Shown: piece after piece, positions 26,679 to 43,497 of the stretch
How the letters are laid out: each line of letters starts with the position of its first letter
How positions within the stretch are numbered: the stretch's first letter is position 1
NCBI GenBank assembly: GCA_951406725.2
Contig: OX597818.1
Coordinates: 71,858,001-71,922,000, forward strand
Length of the DNA stretch: 64,000 nucleotides
DNA from: Octopus vulgaris
Lineage: Eukaryota
Direction of reading: 5' to 3'
Program-made: the position numbers and the translations under genes
Notes under the pieces: model-generated
What the model was told of the DNA's origin: nothing
Database searches by the model: none
What the model saw: only the letters and a program-made list of their open reading frames with translations

Positions 26679-26729
26679 AGCTTCCTGAAGATTTCTCTTG
26701 AATGAAACAGTTCTAGTCCTGTAGAAGCT
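26679..26729 (+). ncRNA. Type I hammerhead ribozyme motif
   Basis: AGCTTC-CTGAAGA-TTTC(TCTT)GAAT-GAAACAG(ttctagtc)CTGTA-GAAGCT. Perfect 6-bp helix I and a GUA site. Confidence 0.7.
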
Positions 26730-26740
26730 CCTTCTATATA

Positions 26741-27153
<413 letters not shown>

Positions 27154-27529
27154 TGCATTGTCTATTCATAGTAGCATGTATTGCACTACAACCATATACT
27201 TTCGGCTTCAGTCTCACTGTATAATCTTCTACTATAACTTCGGGCTGACTACTGCTTTCTGAGTGAATCCGATCGACAGAATCAGTGTGGAGGCCGTTGT
27301 ATGTATATATATATATATAGGAAATTTCGTAACTTTGCATGACTGAATTGGAATGCATGTCTAGTATGTGCTGGGAAGGGCATTATTGAATAAACTTACT
27401 GAGCCTTCAAACACGTCATTAAGTAACTCTTATTCTTTCCTCTGCACTACTTTGCGCTTGAGTGTGTGTGCGTGTGTGTGTGTGTCAGTGTGTCTGCGTG
27501 TGTATATGCAAATATATATATATATATAC

Positions 27530-27695
27530 ATAGTCAATTTAAACATGAAAAAAAGCAAGAAAAAACAACGCGAAGACGTGGAATAAGTACAGAGTTATTG
27601 GACGCTCAGGAAAGGAAAGAAAAGAAAGAGGATTCACTTTTCGAGCGGAGCTCTTCATCAGAAATATAGTAAAAGTGTAAAGAAGGGAAGACAGA

Positions 27696-27697
<2 letters not shown>
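27530..27697 (-). mobile_element. PLE-type terminal fragment between (TA)n tracts
   Basis: CTGATGA-A-GAGC(TCC)GCTC-GAAA at 27638-27661 with a degenerate cleavage site. Confidence 0.6.
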
Positions 27698-27764
<67 letters not shown>

Positions 27765-28137
27765 TGTATATTTTAGCGTTCATAAGTGTACAAGTACGTA
27801 ACTTAATGAAAGTGCCGAGTGCACTGAATGAATGCAACTGAATGAATGCACCGCCTTTGCTCGAACTAATCGACCCTAGGACTTATTCTTTGTAAGCCTT
27901 TAATTATTCTATCGGTCTCTTTTGCTGAACCGCTAAGTTACGGGGACGTGAACGCACCAACATCGGTGTCAAGTGATGGTGGGAGGGCAAACACAGGCAT
28001 ACAAACACATACGTATAAATACATATACGCCGGGCCTCTTTCAGTTTCTGTCCACCAAATCCACTCGCAAGGCTTTATTCGACCCGAGGCTATAGTAGAA
28101 AACACTTGCCCCAAGGTGGGACTGAACCACTCATATG

Positions 28138-28191
<54 letters not shown>

Positions 28192-29119
28192 GAGATTGAA
28201 TGACAGGGAGTGAGAGGGAGAAAGAGAGTTGCTAGGAAGCACTAGAAGAAAAGGGATACAAATGTACGACGTTAAAGACACTATGTCACAGTGAAGGAAG
28301 CTTTTATTTTTTATTAGCGTGTAGCCGAAATCTTCAATTATGAAATCTCGAAAGAAATTCAAAAGCCACATTTTGATAAAAATATATAATAATAATAAAC
28401 GCAAAATTCTGTCTGTCTGAAACCCCGTATCTGAATCTACATTTGTTCTACATAGACATATTATACTTTTTTGCAATCGGGATGATCTTGGGATTGAAAA
28501 TCTACCCTTCATTTGGTTCTTCAACATCCAGCATTGGGATCTGATTTAAAAGCATTTCGGCTGCTATTTCACGCCATCTTGTTTGGCGTTTGTAAGATGA
28601 CGTCATAGATCAAGGGGGAGATAAATAACATTCGCTTCGTTCATTTTACGTCGAGTTAAGAAATTGGGACAAATTGGCCAACAGTTGGAATTCAACTTGG
28701 GACTGGAACAACAGAATGTTTGCATTACAGAATTAAATCTCATCCATACTTAACTTCTGATCAATCACCATTATAGACGTATTATAGTCAAGCTATTTAG
28801 CTCGTTTTAGTTTTGGGCCGCAGGCCCAATTAGCCTTCCGCAGGAGTTAGTTTAAAGGTCTGCAGAGAGTGCAGTTTTAAAGGTAGTATGTATATTAAAA
28901 CTGGAAATTATAAGAATTTTATACACAGTGACAACCTTGATAATTGCTTTCTTTGTGTTGTTTGTCTTGTTTTTATTTGTTTCTTTCGTTGTTCGCAAAA
29001 AAATCTTCATATTCCATGTCCTCGTACTTCTTATTTTTGTTGTTTACGTTTTGTGATGTTCTTTGCCCACATATGCATATGTACATGCGTATTCATGTAA
29101 GTATGTACGGATACGTATG

Positions 29120-30490
29120 TATTATTTATTTATTTATTTTATTTTATCTAGTTTCAGCTCACGAGCTGTGGCCATGCTGGGGCATCGCCATTTGGTGTTG
29201 CTACATGATTTTACTTCACGAATGCTTTTTAGCAATTGCCATTTGGTGCATGAGAGAGTTCGATGCAGCTGCCCTCATCTGCACCTCCTGCCGTGAAGTT
29301 GGTTCACCTGGGACACCTGACAGGAAGAGATCCAGTTTTATTTTAAAGACATCTGCATCCACCCCATGCAGGTCTCTCAGGTTCTTCGGGAGGATATTGA
29401 AGAGCTGTGGGCCTCTGAAGCCCAGGCTATTACAGTATCTTGTTCTACATCTTGATGGCAAATTTGGAGTCCTTGGCACTATGCAGTGGCGCCCAATTCT
29501 AGCATTTGTGTAACTCTCGATGCCAAAGTTTGGGACAAGTCCTTCTAGGATCTCCCAGATGTACATTATGGCGTATCTTTCTCGCCTACGCTCTAGGGAA
29601 TAGAGTCTTAATCTCTTGAGTCTTTCCCAGTAGCTTATATGCTGCACAGAGGCTATCTTCTTCGTGTAGCTTCGTTGGATCGCCTCAAGTTCTGTGATTA
29701 ACTTGACACTGGATGGTGACCATAGCTGAGAGTAATAGTCAAAGTGGCTTAGAACAAGTGTCCTCCAGAGGACCATCATGGTTTCCTGGTCTCTTGTTCT
29801 AAAGGTTCTAAGAATCCATCCGGTCAGCTGCCTACATTTCATTGCCAATTTAGCAACATGCACATGAAAGGTTGCATCATCACTCATGTAAATACCCAGG
29901 TCTCGCACTGATTGTGCCTCTGGGATTGCAATCCCTCCAGGTCCAATGTATTTATTGGGTATTGCATTTAGTTTTGCATGATGATAGAATAAAGCTTGTA
30001 ACTGTTCAGCATTGAACTGCATGCTATTCTTTTCAGCCCACTTGTATATTTTGTCCAGCTCACATTGCAGGTGCTTAGTGTCTTCAGGGTACTGTATTGC
30101 CTGTGAAACTTTTGTATCATCTGCATAACTTGTGATCGTGGATCTCTGCGTGGCTGAGGGCATATCTGAGAGGGCCATTATGAACAGTAGTGGTCCCAAA
30201 ACAGTGCCTTGCGGAACACCGCTCACTATTTGCGTGTTAATGGAAGTGGCCCCATTGGCTACTACCACCTGACTTCTATCCTTCAGAAAGTCATGAAGCC
30301 ATTCTCCCAATTTTCCAACTATGCCAAGATCCCGCAGTTTGTGATATATCATTCCATGATCGACTTTGTCAAAGGCCTTTGCAAAGTCGAGATATATGAC
30401 TTCCACATTTGAGTGGTTGAGCAGTCGTTTCAGCACCTAGTCATAGTGTTGTAGGACTGAGTTAAGCAGCTTCTTCCTGGTCGGAAACCA
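29120..30490 (-). mobile_element. 5'-truncated CR1-group LINE, RT ORF 29216-30436
   Basis: YLDFAKAFDKVDH, GVPQGTVLGPLLF, YADD, VRDLGI and YWERLKRLRLYSLERRRER motifs, with a (TAAA)n tail. Confidence 0.92.
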
Positions 30491-30565
30491 TATATATATG
30501 CATATATATATATTATTTTATTATTTATATCATTATATGATTGAACGCCACGCATCATTTTCCAA

Positions 30566-30692
<127 letters not shown>

Positions 30693-31429
30693 AGCGTGTG
30701 TGTGTGTGTGTGTGTATATAAACACACCGGCAGTGATTTGTTTACGTTCTCGTAACGTAATGGCAAAATAGACCGAGAGAAAAAGTGTCAGGATTATATA
30801 TAAACGGTGGGGATCGATCAAACAAAAACACACATATCTCTCTCACAGACACGCGCACAAACACATACACGCGACTATAAAAGGAGACACGTGATCATGG
30901 TGACACACAGAGGGACTGAACTCGAAACCACGTAGCTGCAAAGCGAACTCATTAACCACACTGCTATGTCTACACCTGCCTGCTTTATCCATTTGTTATA
31001 GCAAATACTCATTGATTTTGACGCGTCAGGGGTTCATTAACTGAAGCATTATTTTCACGATTTCACGAACATTGCCAAGCAAATATTTAATGTTGAGACT
31101 CAATCTGACTATCATTATCATTTTTTAATGTAAGGTCCTTGTTTTTTTTTTATTTTGTTTTAGCATAACACAAAAGTCACTGTGCACTTCGTAAACAACT
31201 TTTTCATTTTGGGACAACATTGTCATAACAACCAGATATTTAATGTTTTTCTTTTAGAGCCAAATATTTACTTTTCTTACATACATCTGTCATCATGATG
31301 AAGACAATTTCAGTCACTACATAAAGGCTAATTTTATTCCGTGGAAGACAATGTAAATATACTTGAAAATTCCACTTTCGTTGAAAGTAAAATCGTCGTA
31401 CCAGAGGTATTAAAGTTATCTATTAAGAA

Positions 31430-31860
31430 GGTAGCATAACAGAGACATCAGGGGTATCTATCGACGAGTTTACAGAGACAAAAGTATTTAACATTGATTC
31501 ATAGACACCAGAGGGAGCTATCAACAAGGTTCAGAGTTAGTGATTTCTAACAACGAGGTATTAGAGAAAACGGTATCTAACAAGGTACAAGAACTATGGG
31601 TATCTGACAAAGTAGCAGAGATAGCAGAAGTATCTGACAACGAGTTACCACTGACGTCAGAGATATCTAATAATGTGGTGCCACTGACGTCAGAGATATC
31701 TAACAACGAGGTACCACTGATGTTAGATGTATCTACTAACGAGGTACTGGAGTCTTCAGAGATTTCTAGCAGCGAAGTATTATTCATTAATCAAAGGTTT
31801 ATATAAGCGGAATACTAGAAACGTCAAGAGGTATCGAACAACGAGCAACTAGAACGACAG
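31430..31860. repeat. Degenerate ~33-bp minisatellite
   Basis: Repeated ATCTAACAACGAGGTACCACTGACGTCAGAGAT-like units. Confidence 0.75.
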
Positions 31861-32699
31861 AGGATCTTTTAGTAAAGGTTGAAATGTGATGAAGACAACG
31901 AGGATGAGAACACTGGCCATAATGTATCACTGTATAATAACGATCGTACCTCATTTCAGAAATCAATCAACCAATCAATCAATTATTGATAGAAATGGCA
32001 AGAATGAAGGAGACCTCGATATTATGTAAATAGAGGAATTTATCTGTATACAGATATATATTAATTATATAGTTTATAGACGAGAGACAGATATTCTCCG
32101 TATAGAATACACCTCGTAGTGCTCAAGAGCTTTAAACTTGAGCAGGTAGAGGAGTAAATGTAAGGATAAGCAATTCGGGCAAGTCGGTTTACAAAAAATA
32201 TCAAATATATTTGTTACAAAAAATGTACGTATATTTACATATAAAAAGGTCTGACGTACACAGAATAGAAATGATATCAGGGATTAAAGGGGCTGAATAA
32301 GTCAAACCCTTTATGTATTATATACATATATGTCTCAAGCTGGTTCTTGCTGGCTCATGTGATCTTCTTTTGAATAAAACATGTTCTTTTTTTTATTCAC
32401 TGCCTAGATACCTATATTTTTCAGCTTGCTCCTGTTCTTCCCAGTTAAGTGCTGTCCCGTCACAGCATACCTGCTCCATTGGGTGCGTGGGGTTTAAGGA
32501 AACTAATATCCTGAATCGTGGGCTGTAAACACTGCACCAAGAAAAACAGACAAGCAAACAAACAACGCAAAAAAACCAGCATTCAGACTCGGATGCTGGA
32601 ACATAAAGACCATGACAACTGGTCCGTAAGAGGCCTTCGAAAGATCAGCGATCAGCAACGAACTAATACGACTCTGATTGGATATTGTAGCGTGGTCCT

Positions 32700-33770
32700 A
32701 AACAGACTACAAGATTGGCTGTCCTCAGGATTGTCCAATCATTTCACGCGGATATGAAAGCCGTCGTTAAATTTGATGGGTCTTCTTAGGAAGCTTTCAT
32801 CATAAGTAGCGGCGTGAAGCAGGGCTGCGTGCTTGCTGCCACCCTGTTTGGCTTCTTCTTTGCAGTCATACAGCAACAGGTGGTGTTTACATTCACACCA
32901 GACCAGACCAGACAGTAAACTGCTTAGTCTGTCGAGGCTGAAAGCAAAATCCAGGATGCGCCAAATACTCATCAGAGAAATGCTATTCGCGGACGCCGCA
33001 GCACTGACAGCACATTCTGCGGAGCAAATGTAGTACATAGTGGATAAACTCTCTAAGGCCTGTCAGGAATTCAGCTTGACTATCAGTCTGAAGAAGACAA
33101 AAGTACTAGACCAAGGCAAGAAGCACCCACCCCACCATCACCATCAACAACTATAAGCTCGAGGTAGTCCATGAATTCACCTGCCTCGGTACTACCATCG
33201 TTGATGACCTCTTCCTAGATCCTGAGATCAACAGGCAAATTGGACAAGTATCCTTCACATTTTTTCCAAGCTCACAAAGAGAGTCTGGAAAACAGAAAGC
33301 TGGCTCCAAACATCAAGATTGCTCCCAAGATTGCGATGTTAGTACGCTACTTTATGGCAGTGAGACGTGGAGCATCTACTCCAGGTAGGAGTGGAGTCTC
33401 AAAGTCTTCCACCTTCGTAATTTGAGACGCATTTTGGATGGATATCAAGTGAACCGACCACATCAGCAACACCGTAATCCTCAACTGTACCAATATACCC
33501 TGTATACTCACCATGCTCTGCGCTGGCTCAGTCATGTACATTGCATGCCGGACGGGAGGATCTCGAAAGACCTCCTGTATGGGGAATTGACCACCGGCGC
33601 AAGAGCACGAGGACGACCGCATCTTTGTTTCAAGGACTGTTGCAAGAGAGGTATGAAGTCGCTTGAGCTGGACGTCCTAAGATGGGAGGAAGTTGCAAAT
33701 GATCGCCCACCCTGGAGACAATTACTGTGAAAGGGGATGAAGTGAGCGCAAGAAAACAGGAGCTTGCCAC
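32700..33770 (+). mobile_element. Degenerate RTE-clade LINE (RT C-terminal part)
   Basis: GVKQGCVLAATLF, REMLFADAAAL and LRWLSHVHCMPDGRISKDLLYGEL, broken by frameshifts. Confidence 0.85.
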
Positions 33771-33866
33771 TAAAGAAAACCGCACTCGACAGAGAACTCC
33801 TTCAAATGTAGTCGCTCTCTCTCCCTCTCTCTCCTCTTCTCACGCTTTCTCTATCTATCTATCTTT

Positions 33867-33943
<77 letters not shown>

Positions 33944-35118
33944 ATACGTTTTATCCTTCAGAGGCCGATTTAACCAACTAGAGCCTCCAGTCCCTCACTT
34001 CACTCTTCTTCAAAACTAAGGCCTTATACTGTTGTTAGGATGTTCCGCAAGTATTTTGGTAAGTTTGAAATATTTAATGTTGACCTAAAACTCCTTTCTC
34101 CGATTTTGCAAATGACGATATCGTAGCAAATTTTAGTTTCTCATTTCGTAGTTATTAAATTATCTTGATACACATCGTTATTACGTAAATGTCTTAGATA
34201 AGAAAGCTAGTTTAAGTATGTAGAATTATGTTTTCAGTGGAGTAAACACAAGAAATTCCTTCGTTTCCATATCACAGATGTCAACTTTGAACATTTGTTT
34301 TGTTTTATCGTTACAAATTCATTAAGATATGTGACTATTTATTTACTTACCTACTAACCCAACCACCCACTAACCTAAAGACGCACCTATCTATAGATTT
34401 ATCTATTCAAATAACAACTTTATAGTTGCCTTTATCTGATACAGTGTCGCATATTGATGATTGAACAAATTTACACACATGATTGTTCATATACATACTT
34501 ATTCATGTACATGCCTATTCAGAAACACACATGCACGTACACACACACACGCACGTACACACACACACGCACGTACACACACACGCAAGTACACATACAC
34601 AAACACGCACGCACGCATGTATGTATGTATGTATGTATGTATGTATGTATGTATGTATGTATGTATGTATGTATGTATGCATGTATGTATGTATGTCATC
34701 ATTCAGTTTATCTCAAGAATTCTTGCCAAGGGAGAAAGAACCGGTTTCTAACCTAGATCCAAGGTTCCTTCATTGGAATTTAGACATCAACAACAGGGTA
34801 TTTTTTTATGTATGTATGTATGCATATATGTATGTATGTATTTATGTATGTATGTGCAGATCCGTGTGTTTTATGTATGTATCCTCATGCATATAGTTAT
34901 ATATCTAGACATGCTCATATATATTTAAATGATAATCTTCTGAAAAGTTTTACAAATTTTTACAGTTCTAGTAATGGATTGGATCTGTAGTCTTCGAATT
35001 AGCTTTCTCCTTTCTGGTTTTGAGAAGCCTTATAGCTCAAGATTGGTATTTAGGCAGTGTGTTACATATCCCAGGGCTCCAATAATTACAGATATAAACC
35101 TGAAATTGTAATCTCTCT

Positions 35119-35163
<45 letters not shown>

Positions 35164-35671
35164 TTTATACGTTTTATCCTCCAGAGGCCGATTTAACAAA
35201 CTAGAACCTCTATTCCCTCACTTCACTCTTCTTCATATTATAGCTTTTTATTTTTTTGTCCTCGGGATTATCCTTTCGACGTATTTCATTATAGAGTGTC
35301 CTAGCTACAACGTCATGTCTCATCGGAAGATAATACCGTGATGACATTTTCGGACGACTGCTTATGATGTGGGTGATATTTTCAGTGTGAACACCATAAA
35401 TTATTACAGTATTTGGTCCAAGACAAGTTCTTTCAGCCGTTGATCATTAGTGGCAATTATTCCAGTCTTTGATTGTAGACTAAGCAGTATCACCTAAACA
35501 TGAAAAGCAACATAAACTTCCCTCTAGTCATTCAGTTAGCCCTAAGATAAACGGCTTTCAGGTTCTCTTTCACTGCGCAACATAGATTACTTCATCGTAC
35601 AAACATTGAGGATGAAGGAAGTCCGTGAAGTCCTCTAAAGATATGTTGACTGGACCCACTTCTATAACTCG

Positions 35672-35773
<102 letters not shown>

Positions 35774-35794
35774 CCTACCTATCTATCTATCTAT

Positions 35795-37501
<1,707 letters not shown>

Positions 37502-39599
37502 ACAAGAGAAACTTAAACACAGACACGATCCAACTATCGGCCCATCAATCTATCTTATTTCCTTTATTTTCTCTACCCCTCTCTCCCTTTCTATTGTCCT
37601 CACCCCTCTCTCCCTTTCTATTGTCCCCACCCCTGTACTTCATATGTATGCTGCAACATAAAAATTTACACTTAAACCAGATAAATTTCGTTATTCCTTC
37701 ATTTCTTATCTCTCCGTGCTTGTCACCTCATCTTACTCCTCCTTATTGTTGTTCACCACATGTAATTACAAACAACTAATATCCTCAATAGATACAATTC
37801 ACAACGCCACCCCTACCTACCTACCTACCTACCTACCTACCTACCTACCTACCTACCTACCTACCTACCTACCTACCTACCTACCTACCTACCTACCTAC
37901 CTACCTACCTACATACATACCTACATACATACATACATACATACATACCTACATACATACATACATACCTACATACATACATGCATGCATACATACATAC
38001 ATACATACATACATACATACATACATACATACAACTGTACATACATACATACATACATACATACATACATGCATGCCTGCATACATATATATATACATAC
38101 GGGGTGCTGGGATATGTAACGCACTGCCTATATACCAATCTTGAGTTCCCCCTATTGTTTTTGTGAGGGAGGTTGTATGTGTGGCACATCGATCAGTGTG
38201 TGTATTGCGCTGCCCCGTCCTTGGGTAGATTTGAACTTAGAATTTTAAGTGTCGAAAGATATACCGAATACACTTTATCGACCGGACTATGCGATGACTC
38301 TAACAGCTCGTCGCCGCAAGTAGAGCTAAAATAATGTAATCTATAGCACATGAGCAATATATCTATATCTACAGGTGTGTGTGTGTGTGTGTGTGTGTGC
38401 GTTTGTTCGAGTGTTCATATTTGTTTTTGTATTTGATCACATATTTATAATGGTGAAGATGGGTCACCTAGATGAATGATTTGCAGACATTATGAAGAAA
38501 TTTCCGTTGACGATAGTTGGATAATATTTCTGACTTTCAGTTAAATGATATTGCTAGCTGCTACTTATTAAATGCATCCGAAATATATGTTTCTTCTTCA
38601 ATAGTCGTCAACAAAAAGCAATTCTGTTTTACTTTGACTCTAGCAGTACATAAACTTAGCCCATTTTCTTTTAAGTCTATAAATATCCGCAAGTCTTTTT
38701 GTGTATGTCTAAGTCATGTGCCTGACTGGGTTATCCCCCATAATGCACTCGAAGTATACCAACAAATACTATTCTAGCAACAGATCGGCACTGATCGAGT
38801 AAAGTGTGATCAATCATGCTTCACTTGTGGTCAACTTACACATTTATTTCTAGCAAGTGGTAAAAAAGAAAAAAGATGCCCTTTGATATTGAATGACCAT
38901 GGAATTGCAATTAGGAAGTTCCCCTCTGTGGCACAAGTCCAGGCAAGGTTGTTTATGGAAGACCAGCAGTCGCCCATGCATACCAGCCTCCTCTCTCTAC
39001 GTCACCGACGTTATCAAAAGGAAAGGCAAAGGCCAATACAGCTTGGCACCAACGACGTCGCAACTCATTTCTACAGGCGAGTGAACTGGAGCAACGTGAA
39101 ATAACGTGTCATGCTGAAGAACACAACGCACAGCCCGGTCCGGGAATCGAACTCACTACCTCGTTAATGTGTCCGACGCTATAAGCACTGAACCATGCAC
39201 CTATATCTATGTATAACTGCATTATGTAATATGTCACCGTCCTTTCAATGTGGTAGGTTATCATTTGAGGAAGATTTGACTGATATTTCTAACAGGGCGC
39301 AACTCTAACACATAAAATATAACTTTTCTTTCCAGCTTGCTTTTGTATAACTTAATGAAAGTAATGGCTGCGCAGTGAGGGAGAACCCGAAAGCGATTTA
39401 TTTTAGGGCGGGAGTCAGAGTTTGTTTCTTACCGTAGTATAAGGCTAATTGAATGACTAGAGGGAAGTTTTTGCTGTTTTATGGTGTTTAGGTGATGTCA
39501 CTTGGTCTATAATCAAAGAATGAAATAACCTCGACTAGCGATCAACGGCTGGAGGAACTGCGATCTTTTATCAAATGCTGAAATGACCAAGGGCTATTT

Positions 39600-39775
39600 A
39601 AAGGTTGTAATAACGGCGATCTATGATCAAAGGTTGTAATAAGCCTGATCTAGGATCAAATGTTGAAATAACCGTGATCTATGAATAAAGGTTGTAATAA
39701 TTGTGATCTATGATCAAAAGTTCTAATAAACGTGATCTATGATCAAAGGTTATAACAACCGTGAAGTATGGTCAA
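39600..39775. repeat. 29-bp tandem repeat, ~6 copies
   Basis: Consensus about AAAGGTTGTAATAACCGTGATCTATGATC. Confidence 0.9.
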
Positions 39776-39904
39776 CTGATACTTATTTTATCGACTCTGA
39801 AATAATGAAAAGCAAAGTCGACTTCAGTGGAATTTGAATTCAGAACATAAAGACGGACGAAATACCGCTAAGCGTTTTGTCCGGTGCGCAAACGATTCAG
39901 ACTT

Positions 39905-39941
<37 letters not shown>

Positions 39942-39944
39942 GTA

Positions 39945-39976
<32 letters not shown>

Positions 39977-40077
39977 AGAAACGGCAGCAGCAACAACAAC
40001 AGCAACAACAACAACAGCAGCAGCAACAACAACAACAACAACAGCAGCAGAAATAGCAGCAGCAACAACAACAGCAA

Positions 40078-40109
<32 letters not shown>

Positions 40110-40170
40110 ACAACAACAACAGCAGCAGCAGCAGCAACAACAACAATAATTATAATTACAATTATAATAG
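39905..40170. repeat. (CAA)/(CAG) compound repeat
   Basis: Directly visible. Confidence 0.95.
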
Positions 40171-40429
40171 GTTATAATTTTGATACAATGCTATCGATTT
40201 GGAGGGGAACTGTTAGTCAACACCATCACTATGTTGACCAGACTCAGACTATCAAATGTTATACATTATACACCACTGGTCCCAATGCACTTTCAGTTCT
40301 TTCTAGATTGCGACAACTTGCTTATCGTTTAATTAATTTGTCTTTCCATCTTCCTGTCTTAAGGAATCGCTTCGTATGCCTCTTGTCTTACCTCTATGAG
40401 CTGTTTATAAAGTTAATAGCCACCAGACT

Positions 40430-41440
40430 ATGGAGACCAGGCGATGACAAGTAGCTGAGGGAGCAGGCTTACGTCGACTCCGAAAAGGCCTTCGATAACA
40501 TCGAGATGAATCCAGTGCCGAAATCTCTGGAAATGCAAGGTGTCGTTGCGCAATACAACTAACTGCTGAAGGGATTCGCTCTCTGGATTCATCAGTGATA
40601 CAGCTGTGTTATCGCCATCAGTAAGAGTCCCAATCAGGAAGGGCGTCAAGCAAGGAGATACCATCTCTCCAGAGCTCTTCATCGCATGTCTAGAAATGGT
40701 CATAGAGACAATCACTGGACAGGTGGCATGAACATCAACGAATAGGAGATGACATCGTATTCATCGCTGAAACCACAGATCAGCTAAAGATCATGCTGAC
40801 ACAGCTAGACAATCATAGCTCAGAATTTAGTCTTAAAATGAACCTCATGAAAAACAAAATAACTTGGAGTCTGAAAACATAGCACAAAGCCGAACAGAAT
40901 CAGGAAGCGAAGAAATCGAGGAGGCAAAAAAGGTGCATCTATTTAGAGCGCACAGTGAATATGTGCCGAAGCATGGATGCTGAAATCTCGAGGAGAATAA
41001 GAGCAGCATGGATGCTGAAATCTCGAGGAGAATAAGAGCAGCATGGAAGGTGTTTGCCTCAAAAAAGGATGTGCTCAAAGCAAAGCTGGACAAAACAATA
41101 CGTGCCAGATTCTTCAATAACACCGTCCTACCTGTGCTTTTATACGCAAGTAAGACATGGGCTACCACGAAGAGGGAATAACATTGATTGGCTACGACGC
41201 CAAGGGGCTATGGAAATATCCATGCTACAAATTTCATTGAGTGAGTATATGTGAGTTGAAATAATTCGAGAATGGAACGGAGTGAACGATGTAATTGCAG
41301 AAGACCGAATGTACAAGTTTCGCCGGGCCGGACATATCGCAATATTCACAGACAACAGGTGGATCCGTGCAGTTGCCGAGTGGTATTCAAGAGAACGGAA
41401 GAGCCATTCGGGGAACCTCCACATCGACGGGGAGATGGAA
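40430..41440 (+). mobile_element. Degenerate RTE-clade LINE fragment
   Basis: VDSEKAFD, KGVKQGDTISPELFIACLE, EISRRIRAAW and AGHIA..TDNRW motifs. Internal ~32-bp tandem duplication at 40971-41046. Confidence 0.8.
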
Positions 41441-41470
41441 CACACACGTCCGCGTACACACTCACGCACG

Positions 41471-41555
<85 letters not shown>

Positions 41556-42014
41556 ACACACACACCTGTAGACATACGTCGTAAAAATACGAACATGACA
41601 AATTTAACTACTCCAAGGACTGAAAAAAATGTTAAATGAGTATGCCTTCTAAACTGCGGTATTAGTACTGAGCAAGTATCTTTTATAGGCATATGGTGTT
41701 AAAAATTCACAGAAAATTATTAGCAGCAGGCGAAGGTCACCTACCAGCATTTAGATTTCTGCTTATTGGCTTCATCACATGCCAAGCAAACCTCAGCTGC
41801 CAGCTGATATAGTTAATCGGTCATTGATGTCGCATTTAGCCATGAAAGTGGACAAAATTTAATTATATATATATATATATATAATTTCATTAAAGCTGTA
41901 AAAAATCACAAAACTGCTACTCAGAGTTCACGTTCCCGTTCGTAAAAGTATATAACTTTAACTGTGGTATTCGAGTACTATTTTTTCCACCTTGTTTTGC
42001 ATTTATGTGTTCAC

Positions 42015-42063
<49 letters not shown>

Positions 42064-42755
42064 CGTGCGTGAGTGTGTACGTGCACGTGTGTGTGTACGT
42101 GCACGTGTGTGTGCCATCTCCCCGTCGATGTGGAGGTTCCCCGAATGGTTGTTATGTTTGTCAGGGTTGTTATGTTTGTCATTCATTCAGACAGAAAGAT
42201 CTGCTCAATTAGGGTCAACTTAGATCAATAACGACAACAACAAAAAGATGAACAGCTCCAACAATAACAAGAACAAGATCCAAAGTAGCAGCAACAGCAG
42301 CAGCAGCAGCAGTATCAAAGACACCAACAATAACAGTTTTGTCTTTCTCCGAGAGAAATTCTCCATCTTTCCTTCACCATTGAAGACAAGAGTGGCAACT
42401 GCGCCATTGAAATGACGTAACTTTATAGTAAAGCAACCGTATTCCTTTTCCAGACTGATGACGTCATTTGAACAACCGTTCATTCATATAGTCTTTCAAT
42501 ATTTCATTCATACATTTCTTCTTTCATTCATTGAACTTTGTCTGAAACGAGTCAATTTCGTCTTTGTTCAATCGGCGAATCACAACACAGTTTCCATATA
42601 CCACAGCTTCACTCTCTCCCCCATCCCCTCTCTTTTATCTCTATATCCCTCCTCCCCTGCCTCTCCCGTTTCCCTGCCTCTATTTTTCTCTCTGCTCCTC
42701 TCCTCTCCCGTCTCTGTTTTATCACTTCTCTGTCTCTCACTTCATCTCTAACACA

Positions 42756-42830
<75 letters not shown>

Positions 42831-43419
42831 GTCTGCCTGTTTGCTTGTGTGTCTGTGTGTCTGTCTGCCTGTCTATCCGTCTGTCTGTCTGTCTGTCTGT
42901 TTGTATCTGCTGCCTGCCTGTCTTTCTATGGCTCTGTTTGTCTGTCTTCCTCTCTCTGACACCCCCTCTTGCTATTCCTCTTCTTTCTTTCTTCTCTAAC
43001 TTACTGCATTATAAAGATGTTTTAATGTTTATGTGTCTGTGTTTTTGTATCATTTTGTATGTTTGTGTGTGTATGTGTATGTGTATGTGTGTATGCCTCT
43101 GTGTGTACCTGTGCTTGTGCGTGTCTGCACGTGTGTATGTGTGTGTATGTATGTGTATGTGTGTATGTGTACTTAACTGTGGGTTTATGTGTATATGTGC
43201 TGCAGGAAATAAAGACCTTCATCGCTTAGCATACAATACCAATGATGTCATTTTTCACACAGACACAAACCCACAACAATTCATATATTAACCAGTGAAT
43301 TATGACACACACTCTCCCACACACATACACATATACACATAGATATATACACAGAGACATACATATATACATTCATACATACCTATACACACCTATACAT
43401 GCATACATACATACATACA

Positions 43420-43497
<78 letters not shown>

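Noticed and set aside
39600-39775. 29-bp repeats as a CRISPR-like array
   Set aside because: The units are contiguous with no unique spacers, there are no cas genes and the context is eukaryotic. It is a minisatellite.
39834-40454. 206-aa Thr/Ala mucin-like ORF
   Set aside because: It begins in a SINE fragment and consists of a CAA/CAG repeat. No splice or domain evidence.
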